This document shows positions 25,068 to 31,262 of a stretch of 64,000 nucleotides of DNA, piece after piece. A model generated the notes under the pieces. It made no database searches, was not told the DNA's origin, and saw only the letters and a program-made list of their open reading frames with translations. Position 1 is the stretch's first letter. The number at the start of each line of letters is the position of its first letter. Made by a program: the position numbers and the translations under genes. The DNA is from a virus, in the IMG/VR virus record IMGVR_UViG_3300025834_000005; one strand, written 5' to 3'.

Positions 25068-26501
25068 ATGAGTAAATTGAACCCTATTTTAAAAAGTGGC
25101 GTTTCTGATTTAAAATCAGATGAAAGACTTGCTGGTGGATTTGGAACCAGAGCAGCTAAACAAGACGAATTAGCTCTATTACGTAGAGTTGTTTTAGCGA
25201 ACCTATTATGGGAAAACATTGCGTATGCTAACGGTGAAGATGTTTCAACACAGATCAGCCAGTTGATTCCGCAATGTAATCCTCAAGATGTTGCTGATCT
25301 TGCTGTTGAGGCGAGACTTGAGCAGAAATTGCGTCATACTCCTTTGTTTATTTGTGTTGAAATGCTGAAACACGTTGGATATTCTGCGTTGGTTGCCGAT
25401 ATCTTACCAAAGATTATCACAAGAGCAGACATGATTACAGACTTTCTTGCTATCTACAAGAAACAGAATGGCGGTAAGCTAAAGCCTTTGGCTGCTGCTG
25501 CTAAGAAAGGTTTGGCGAAAGCATTCGATAACTTTAACGAATACCAATTCGCTAAATATGACAGGGATGCCGAGATCAAGTTAAGGGATGCTATGTTTTT
25601 AGCTCACCCAAAACCATCTTCACAGGAAAAGATTGAACTTTACAAGAAAGTTGCTGATCGTACTTTGAAAACTCCTGATACATGGGAAGTTGCTTTATCG
25701 ACAGGTAAAGATAAGAAAGCCACATGGGAGAGATTGATCGATGAAAAGAAAATCGGTGGTTTGGCAATGTTGCGCAATGTACGTAATATGGTTCAGTCGG
25801 GTGTTAACTCGAATAGCATTAGAAAGGGATTGAAAAATCTAAATAGTTCGATGTTATTGCCTTTCAATTTCTTAACAGCCTCAAGGTTTGCACCTGAGTA
25901 TTCGAGAGATATTGAGGATGCTATGGTTGAGTCTTATAAGAATCTTCCTAAATTATCTGGAAAGACATTATTCATTGTCGATATTTCAGGCTCAATGGGT
26001 GCTAAATTATCTGACAAGTCGGGAATGTCCAGAATGGATGCTGCTTGTGCAATGGCTATGCTTGCGATTAATCAATGTGAAAACTATGAAATCGTAGCAA
26101 CTGCTGGGAATGATGGTTCGCATAAAGGTGCTCATAAGCATATTCTAAATCCAAAAAAGGGATTCGATGTGTTCAAGCAAATTCAAAGTGCTGGAAGTGA
26201 AATCGGCTGTGGTGGTATTTTCACCAGACAGTGTATCGAATGGTGTAAAGCCAACGTATCTGATACATTCGACAGAATTATCATATTCTCTGACTCACAG
26301 GATTGCGATCTTATGAATGCGAGAATTCCAGCACCTTACGGCAAATATAACTATATTTGCGACGTATCGTCAAATGAGAGAGGCGTTAACTTTAGGAATG
26401 TATGGGATGCCGAAATTACAGGTATGTCTGAAAACTTCCTAACATATATCGCTGCAAACGAAGGTCTAACAAATAAATTTGACGACCAGAGTGAAAATTA
26501 A
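25068..26501 (+). CDS. rsr: Ro60-like TROVE domain + vWA domain protein (Rsr-like)
   Basis: LLRRVVLANLLWENIAYANGED...RLEQKLRHTPLFICVEM and GGLAMLRNVRNM fit the TROVE pattern (compare Ro60 ..LLRNLGKM). C-terminal MIDAS FIVDISGSMG ... IIIFSDSQD. Confidence 0.8.
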   Translation: MSKLNPILKSGVSDLKSDERLAGGFGTRAAKQDELALLRRVVLANLLWENIAYANGEDVSTQISQLIPQCNPQDVADLAVEARLEQKLRHTPLFICVEMLKHVGYSALVADILPKIITRADMITDFLAIYKKQNGGKLKPLAAAAKKGLAKAFDNFNEYQFAKYDRDAEIKLRDAMFLAHPKPSSQEKIELYKKVADRTLKTPDTWEVALSTGKDKKATWERLIDEKKIGGLAMLRNVRNMVQSGVNSNSIRKGLKNLNSSMLLPFNFLTASRFAPEYSRDIEDAMVESYKNLPKLSGKTLFIVDISGSMGAKLSDKSGMSRMDAACAMAMLAINQCENYEIVATAGNDGSHKGAHKHILNPKKGFDVFKQIQSAGSEIGCGGIFTRQCIEWCKANVSDTFDRIIIFSDSQDCDLMNARIPAPYGKYNYICDVSSNERGVNFRNVWDAEITGMSENFLTYIAANEGLTNKFDDQSEN

Positions 26502-26504
26502 TCA

Positions 26505-26554
26505 ACAAAGGTACTATTTATACTTGCAAATTAAATATTAAATAGTACCTTTGT
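26505..26554 (+). other. long perfect hairpin after the TROVE stop (attenuator or processing site; no T run)
   Basis: ACAAAGGTACTATTTA / TAAATAGTACCTTTGT 16-bp stem, 18-nt loop. Confidence 0.5.
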
Positions 26555-26562
26555 AAAAATAT

Positions 26563-26634
26563 TAAGTAATAGCGTTCGGTAAGGGTTACTTCCTCCATAA
26601 ATGAAATCACACCCTACCATCAGTTCTTTGCTTA
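26563..26634 (+). ncRNA. Y-RNA-like stem-loop RNA 1 (conserved module + anticodon-arm-like apex)
   Basis: Ends pair TAAGTAA-t-AG / CT-TTGCTTA; internal loop cgttc/atcagtt; helix GGTAaGGGT/ACCCTACC; apex ACTTC-10nt-GAAAT. Confidence 0.6.
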
Positions 26635-26642
26635 CAAAAATT

Positions 26643-26712
26643 TAGATAATGGCGTTCGATACGGTTACTTCCTTTTACGAAATATTCACCGTATTATCTT
26701 TTTCCTTATCTA
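26643..26712 (+). ncRNA. Y-RNA-like stem-loop RNA 2 (conserved module + tRNA-Lys(UUU)-like anticodon arm)
   Basis: TAGATAA-t-GG / CC-TTATCTA; loop cgttc/atcttttt; helix GATACGG/CCGTATT; apex ACTTC-CTTTTAC-GAAAT. Confidence 0.65.
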
Positions 26713-26719
26713 TTTATAT

Positions 26720-26785
26720 CGGAGTGTGTCTTGGCTTGTAATGCAGTATACGGTATTATATGAGGATCGTCCCCTCGCACACCGA
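26720..26785 (+). ncRNA. degenerate tRNA-like element (acceptor-like pairing + T-arm-like hairpin, no canonical D/anticodon arms)
   Basis: CGGAGTG/CACACCG (one A-A mismatch); TGAGG-ATCGTCC-CCTCG keeps G53, T55, C56, C61 equivalents; only 34 nt between. Confidence 0.3.
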
Positions 26786-26788
26786 CAA

Positions 26789-26900
26789 ATGAATAATGGC
26801 GTTAGAAACAGTTTCATCAACTCAATCTCAATAATTAAGATCAACTCAATCTCAATAATTAAGTAAATACAAAACTCTGTCTCTCATTTTCCTTATTCAT
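26789..26900 (+). ncRNA. Y-RNA-like stem-loop RNA 3 (conserved module, long apex with 24-bp tandem duplication)
   Basis: ATGAATAA-t-GG / CC-TTATTCAT; loop cgtta/tcatttt; helix GAAACAG/CTGTCTC (one A-C mismatch). Confidence 0.6.
26816..26863 (+). repeat. perfect 24-bp tandem duplication
   Basis: atcaactcaatctcaataattaag occurs twice, inside the apex of RNA 3. Confidence 0.9.
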
Positions 26901-26909
26901 CTATATTAT

Positions 26910-27033
26910 AGGGCGTTAGCTCAGTTGGTAGAGCGCGAAATTCTCTTTTACACCTTTTCCCTTTATTGTGGCGTTCGTAAAAGTTACTTCATTCTTAATG
27001 ACGAGGTCGGTGGTTCGAGTCCATCATGCCCTA
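26910..27033 (+). tRNA. tRNA-Lys(CUU)-like gene with a 51-nt insertion between D arm and anticodon arm
   Basis: Acceptor AGGGCGT/ATGCCCT; U8; D arm GCTC-AGTTGGTA-GAGC; insertion 26936-26986; anticodon arm CTTCA-TTCTTAA-TGACG (one U-C mismatch); AGGTC; T arm GGTGG-TTCGAGT-CCATC. Confidence 0.6.
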
Positions 27034-27035
27034 CG

Positions 27036-27120
27036 AAAAACAATAGTGTTCGAGACAGTTTCATCAAAAAAATCGAAATTTTTATACAAAAAACTCTGTC
27101 TTAACTGTTCTTTGTTTTTT
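27036..27120 (+). ncRNA. Y-RNA-like stem-loop RNA 4 (conserved module; apex related to RNA 3)
   Basis: AAACAA-t-AG / CT-TTGTTT; loop tgttc/aactgtt; helix GAGACAG/CTGTCTT; apex TTTCATCAA...ATACAAAAAACT. Confidence 0.6.
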
Positions 27121-27128
27121 TTGAATAT

Positions 27129-27165
27129 AAAAGGTCAACATACTCAAAATATGTTGACCTTTTTT
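27129..27165 (+). terminator. rho-independent terminator closing the TROVE/RNA unit
   Basis: AAAAGGTCAACATA / TATGTTGACCTTTT 14-bp stem, 7-nt loop, T run. Confidence 0.8.
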
Positions 27166-27193
27166 GTAACCTTTTTTATCGAGTTACGTATAA
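27164..27193 (+). promoter_or_regulatory. ECF-type promoter copy TTGTAAC-N16-CGTATAA
   Basis: -35 at 27164-27170, -10 at 27187-27193. Confidence 0.6.
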
Positions 27194-27219
27194 TATAGAA
27201 ACAATTTAAATTTATTGAA

Positions 27220-27777
27220 ATGTTAAAAAATACTGAAATTAAGATCATCGACTTTAGAACGTCGTTAAACAAAGAAAACGAAAATGAATACGTTATTCAG
27301 CCTAATTATAAGGTTCAATACGAGAACGTTATAATTGAATTAAAAGGTAAAACATTTCTCGTTAATATTGGCTGTCAGAGTGTGACAATCAATAAGGATA
27401 ATGTATTACCAATCGCTCAAGAGTTTGAGGGTATCGATAAAAAACCAGTGCTTTACAAACTAATTTTGCCAAATGATGATAAACGTGAATTAAAATCAAT
27501 GAGAAATCTCCCAATATATAAAGAGTCTTCGCCATCCTTACACATATCGTCAAATGGTAAAGTTTATGACAGAGAGAAATTTAGCATCGTTGAAAAAACG
27601 ATAACGCCATCTAATGAGTATTTTAAGAAAAGTGATACGTTGAGCACTGTGCAATATTTAAAAAAAGACCGTAGATTGTACAGGGACGACATACAAAATA
27701 TAAGAAAAATTTTAAATACAATGTGCGATCATTTTAACATTGAATACCCTGACGTTAAAGACTCTAAAAATGAGTAG
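27220..27777 (+). CDS. hypothetical protein
   Basis: ORF track. Confidence 0.5.
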   Translation: MLKNTEIKIIDFRTSLNKENENEYVIQPNYKVQYENVIIELKGKTFLVNIGCQSVTINKDNVLPIAQEFEGIDKKPVLYKLILPNDDKRELKSMRNLPIYKESSPSLHISSNGKVYDREKFSIVEKTITPSNEYFKKSDTLSTVQYLKKDRRLYRDDIQNIRKILNTMCDHFNIEYPDVKDSKNE

Positions 27778-27907
27778 TTCCGAGGTTAAAATAGAGTTTC
27801 CATCGCCAAAATTAATCGCATGGCTGGTTGCGGAACGAAAGCGTCAAAAAGAGAAAATGGATATGTTAAAGATCACCGAAACAGATACAAATATAATAAG
27901 AAAATGA
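27770..27907 (+). CDS. small hypothetical protein (45 aa)
   Basis: ATG 27770 to TGA 27905-27907; ATGA overlap with ATG 27904. Confidence 0.3.
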   Translation: MSSSEVKIEFPSPKLIAWLVAERKRQKEKMDMLKITETDTNIIRK

Positions 27908-28188
27908 AAAAAGCTAAAGAAGTTAATTTAAAAAAAATACTGGCACAAGTATTTGCCATTGCGGCTAATTCTGAATCGTTTTTATCACTCGGTTTGAAAG
28001 ATGAACAGTTATTACAGACAGTTGTATTAACCGCAATGAAAGAAGCCTGTGAGCAGACAATCAAGCTTTGTGTCGATAACGCTGCCGTCACAACAAAAAA
28101 AGTGCCTACTGGTAGTTTTGGTATATTCTATCCTTTAAAAATTGTCGATAAAAAATCAATAAAAAACACTTTAAAACAAATAGTATAA
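27904..28188 (+). CDS. hypothetical protein (the track ORF starts at 27820; ATG 27904 preferred)
   Basis: In-frame MKKAKEV start coupled to the upstream small ORF. Confidence 0.45.
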   Translation: MKKAKEVNLKKILAQVFAIAANSESFLSLGLKDEQLLQTVVLTAMKEACEQTIKLCVDNAAVTTKKVPTGSFGIFYPLKIVDKKSIKNTLKQIV

Positions 28189-28189
28189 T

Positions 28190-28459
28190 ATGGAATTGAA
28201 AATGAATAGTAACTTCTCAGTGCTTTACGATGGTAAGCCAATGATGAAAGCAATTACAACCCAGAAAAGGGATATGACCGAAGATGAAAAAAGAAATTTC
28301 ATCGAAAAGTTGAATCTGGCGTATAAAACCGTCAACGAGCTTACTGATCAATTAGCCGAAATTTACAAGCTACACTCAAACAGAAATCTGAGCGATGCTA
28401 TGGTCTCTGCGGCTGAATGCCAACGATCTATAAATGTTTTTAACAGCTCCCTACAGTAA
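28190..28459 (+). CDS. hypothetical protein
   Basis: ORF track. Confidence 0.5.
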   Translation: MELKMNSNFSVLYDGKPMMKAITTQKRDMTEDEKRNFIEKLNLAYKTVNELTDQLAEIYKLHSNRNLSDAMVSAAECQRSINVFNSSLQ

Positions 28460-28650
28460 TGCCGATATTTAAAAGTGTTAAGGTGGAATTAGAAAATGGC
28501 GATATAGTTGATATCACTGATCTACCGCAAGATAAATATGAGTATTTCTTAAATATGATTGTTATGATAAACAATGCATACAGATTAATGATACTTAAAG
28601 GCGAAATAATTAATTCAAATAATTATGAATCACAACCCTTACAATCTTGA
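28459..28650 (+). CDS. hypothetical protein
   Basis: TAATG overlap. Confidence 0.45.
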   Translation: MPIFKSVKVELENGDIVDITDLPQDKYEYFLNMIVMINNAYRLMILKGEIINSNNYESQPLQS

Positions 28651-28816
28651 AGTTGGCGACGAAGTCGTTTTAGACGCCGACTTTGCTAATCATGGTCTTG
28701 TTACTATTGAGTCATTCACGCCACTCAAACTATATGCTATGGTGCGATCAGGCACTACTTGCTGGGAAACTATGACAGGTAGATTAACTCCAAAAACAGA
28801 AAAAGATGTTAAATAA
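28625..28816 (+). CDS. hypothetical protein
   Basis: ORF track. Confidence 0.45.
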   Translation: MNHNPYNLEVGDEVVLDADFANHGLVTIESFTPLKLYAMVRSGTTCWETMTGRLTPKTEKDVK

Positions 28817-29186
28817 TGAGAAAATAAGTCTCTATGAGAAAATAGAAAGCCATCTTATTAATAAATTTAAGGATGATATGATCTCAGAATTAAAGAAAAA
28901 TAGGAATAAAGGCACTATTTTAGACATGACAGACTTTAACGCCATAATAGCTGAAATGGAGTATCATAAAGCCAAACTATTTTTAGCTATACGAGTAAAA
29001 AATGAAGGTGCTATACGTGAATATATTGCAGACACAGCTAATTATTTGTTCGCTATAGGTAATTTGTTCGGACTTTACGATGAAGAGGCTAATAATCCAG
29101 AAACATGCTTCGAAATTAATAAAGAAGCCGAATTATTCATAGAGATTCCAATTAACAAGAAATCATTAGGGCAAACTCTTATTTAA
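28806..29186 (+). CDS. hypothetical protein, possible second MazG-like all-alpha NTP pyrophosphohydrolase
   Basis: AEMEYHKAKL...IREYIADTANYLFAIGNLFG resembles the MazG E..E / E..D..N helix pair; weak. Confidence 0.3.
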   Translation: MLNNEKISLYEKIESHLINKFKDDMISELKKNRNKGTILDMTDFNAIIAEMEYHKAKLFLAIRVKNEGAIREYIADTANYLFAIGNLFGLYDEEANNPETCFEINKEAELFIEIPINKKSLGQTLI

Positions 29187-29187
29187 A

Positions 29188-29430
29188 ATGGCATTATTAA
29201 CTGATAACTCTGATTTTAGTACCGTCTATTTCCGAATTATAACTGGAAACGATGGTGATTACTATCCGCAGATCATTTCTGAGGACGAAAATGGTAATCT
29301 GAATACGGCTGGTATAAGGGTTTGTATGAGCGGAGGAAATGCTCCTACTGATGTTAAATTGGCTATTGCTAATTTATACCGAGCATTGGAGAAACATCAT
29401 CTGAATGAATATCCAAATGATGCTCCATAA
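29188..29430 (+). CDS. hypothetical protein
   Basis: ORF track. Confidence 0.5.
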   Translation: MALLTDNSDFSTVYFRIITGNDGDYYPQIISEDENGNLNTAGIRVCMSGGNAPTDVKLAIANLYRALEKHHLNEYPNDAP

Positions 29431-29676
29431 TTACCAAGTCTTTTTATTAAAAAGATAAACAGGCATATACATCCATCCTGTAGGCCATTGACGATTATCC
29501 GTAACATTTGTATTTGGCGTAATCGGTGTAGATGCTATAATATTTCTGGGGTTCTTTGGATTAGAACGACCATTTCTCTCTTTAGTCTCAACCCCAACCG
29601 TTAATTTTATCATAAAGTATTTACATATAAATACGAAAATATGGATAATAGTTACTAATTTCTGTAACAAAAACAA
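29431..29676 (-). CDS. possible antisense-oriented small gene (hypothetical)
   Basis: Only long ORF in an otherwise 276-nt gap; its 5' end overlaps the promoter copy, so the true start may be internal. Confidence 0.3.
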   Translation of the reverse strand: MFLLQKLVTIIHIFVFICKYFMIKLTVGVETKERNGRSNPKNPRNIIASTPITPNTNVTDNRQWPTGWMYMPVYLFNKKTW

Positions 29677-29691
29677 TTTAATTACGTATAA
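29662..29691 (+). promoter_or_regulatory. ECF-type promoter copy (CTGTAAC-N16-CGTATAA)
   Basis: -35 at 29662-29668, -10 at 29685-29691. Confidence 0.55.
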
Positions 29692-29706
29692 AAAGAAAAA
29701 AGAACT

Positions 29707-29952
29707 ATGATTTTTAAAAAAATTACAGATACATGTAAACCACCGTTTAATCAGCCAATACTTTTACTTGAAAGTAGAAATAAAGTAAATACAGTATCAA
29801 CAGGGCATTTAACGTCTATAGATGCAAAAGGCTTTAATTTCTCAACGTCAAATATGGGTGACATATTCGGCATATTCGGTTCGAATTTGAATCCATTTAA
29901 GCCGACGCATTGGTGTGAAATTATTATAGAATTGGAGGACTCATGTCAATAA
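29707..29952 (+). CDS. hypothetical protein
   Basis: ORF track. Confidence 0.5.
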   Translation: MIFKKITDTCKPPFNQPILLLESRNKVNTVSTGHLTSIDAKGFNFSTSNMGDIFGIFGSNLNPFKPTHWCEIIIELEDSCQ

Positions 29953-30200
29953 AACTAAATGACAGATGTGCCAATTTTAAAGTAGCCATGAATATCGCAG
30001 AAATGCCTGTTGATGACGTTGGTATCGAATTTATAGTAGGGGTGTTCGATCTCTTAAATCAAAAAAGAGGCGAAGCTACTATTAGAGAAATTTTAAAACT
30101 AAAAAATAAAATTATCAGTAAATATGTTGTAGACGCTCAACAACAGCAACTTAATAGCATGAATGATATAAATGACGAAAATATAAACGAAAATGAATAG
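29943..30200 (+). CDS. hypothetical protein
   Basis: ORF track. Confidence 0.45.
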   Translation: MSIKLNDRCANFKVAMNIAEMPVDDVGIEFIVGVFDLLNQKRGEATIREILKLKNKIISKYVVDAQQQQLNSMNDINDENINENE

Positions 30201-30663
30201 AACAAATTTAGAATATAGAATGTATTTTCTTGTGTTAGGCTCACTACAAGGTATTAATAAAGGAATTCAGTGTGGGCATGCCGCATTAGAGTATGTGGAC
30301 GAATATGGCAGTAATGACGATTACCGAGACTTTTTCGAGAATGATAAAACATTCATTATGCTGAATGGCGGAACGTCTAATAATGGCTTCGATGAAGATG
30401 GTAAATTCTTAGGTTCTTTGAATATGATTGCTGATGAATTAAATTCAAATAATATCAACTTTGCCATGTTTTATGAGCCAGATATTAACAATGCCTTAAC
30501 AGCTGTATGTTTTCTTGCTGATGAAAGAGTTTATAATAAGTTTATTTATCCTGACTATGATTCAGATAATTTCACGTCCTATGAGCAATGGCTTTCAGAT
30601 ATTGGCGGAACTAAGAACTTCATCCTACGAGAAATTCTCGACGGAAAAAAATTAGCGTCATGA
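30193..30663 (+). CDS. peptidyl-tRNA hydrolase PTH2-like protein
   Basis: YRMYFLVLGSLQGINKGIQCGHAALEY parallels PTH2 ..VVRxDLxMGKGKxAAQCxHAA..; later FIMLNG and ALTAVCF segments fit the fold order. Confidence 0.45.
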   Translation: MNRTNLEYRMYFLVLGSLQGINKGIQCGHAALEYVDEYGSNDDYRDFFENDKTFIMLNGGTSNNGFDEDGKFLGSLNMIADELNSNNINFAMFYEPDINNALTAVCFLADERVYNKFIYPDYDSDNFTSYEQWLSDIGGTKNFILREILDGKKLAS

Positions 30664-31187
30664 CAACAGAGCCAACATTCATAATTATAGCGGCTGTTAG
30701 CCTTGACGGAAAAATTGGACATGATAATGATCTATTATGGCATATACCCGAAGACCTTAAGCATTTCAAAGAAAACACCATAAATCAGGTATTACTTATG
30801 GGCTTAAATACCTTTAAGTTTTTGCCAGAGGTTGCAAAAAAGAACCGTAAGTTTATCATTCTTAATGGTAGCGAAGAAGATTTAAAACATGAGTCTATCT
30901 TATTTCAATGTGCTTCAATAACTGAATTATTCGAAGAATTAAAATTTGATCAATATCAGGATATAAAAAGCATTTATGTTGCTGGTGGTGCAATGGTTTA
31001 CAATTCAATGATACCATTCTGCGATAAGGCTTTATTAACTCTTGTTGAAGAATGTTTCCCCGATGCTAATAAAGGCTTTCCATCGGAACTATTTCTAAAA
31101 ATGTTTGAATTAGATGATGATGATTTCGTATACAATAGAAGCAAATCAAATATAATATATTCATTTCGTCGATATACTCGCAAATGA
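30660..31187 (+). CDS. folA: dihydrofolate reductase
   Basis: IIAAVSLDGKIGHDNDLLWHIPEDLKHFKENTINQVLLMGLNTF and VAGGAMVY. Confidence 0.8.
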   Translation: MTTEPTFIIIAAVSLDGKIGHDNDLLWHIPEDLKHFKENTINQVLLMGLNTFKFLPEVAKKNRKFIILNGSEEDLKHESILFQCASITELFEELKFDQYQDIKSIYVAGGAMVYNSMIPFCDKALLTLVEECFPDANKGFPSELFLKMFELDDDDFVYNRSKSNIIYSFRRYTRK

Positions 31188-31220
31188 TGTAACAAAAAAA
31201 AATAACTTAGTATGAATAAT
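31187..31220 (+). promoter_or_regulatory. variant promoter copy (ATGTAAC-N16-GTATGAATAAT)
   Basis: Same -35 and spacing, diverged -10; upstream of the helicase gene. Confidence 0.35.
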
Positions 31221-31262
31221 GTGTATGAGTCAAACCATGCACATTATTTTTAATATATACAT

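Noticed and set aside
25888-26097. 69-aa + strand ORF inside the TROVE-vWA gene
   Set aside because: It is an alternative frame within a long, motif-supported ORF.
26563-26712. Direct sequence match of the Y-like module to the metazoan or Deinococcus Ro-binding helix (GGUCCGA / UUGACU with bulged C)
   Set aside because: There is only loose resemblance (TGGCGTTCG versus TGGTCCGA). I claim architectural similarity, not sequence identity. Binding to the TROVE protein remains a hypothesis.
26936-26986. Group I or canonical tRNA intron in the tRNA-like gene
   Set aside because: 51 nt is far too short for a group I intron. The insertion lies between the D arm and the anticodon arm rather than at position 37/38. 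No alternative anticodon arm spanning the insert could be folded.
26563-27120. Possible CRISPR array, because of the recurring AATGGCGTTCG-like segments
   Set aside because: The repeats are only about 10 nt conserved and are irregularly spaced at 70-125 nt. Each pairs with its own downstream complement. No cas genes are present. The pattern is that of structured RNA genes.
26968-27198. 76-aa ORF from the track (MAFVKVTSFLMTRSVVRVHHALRK...)
   Set aside because: It runs across the tRNA-like T arm, Y-like RNA 4, the terminator and the next promoter. It has a GTG start and no coding-like features. The RNA and regulatory elements explain it better.
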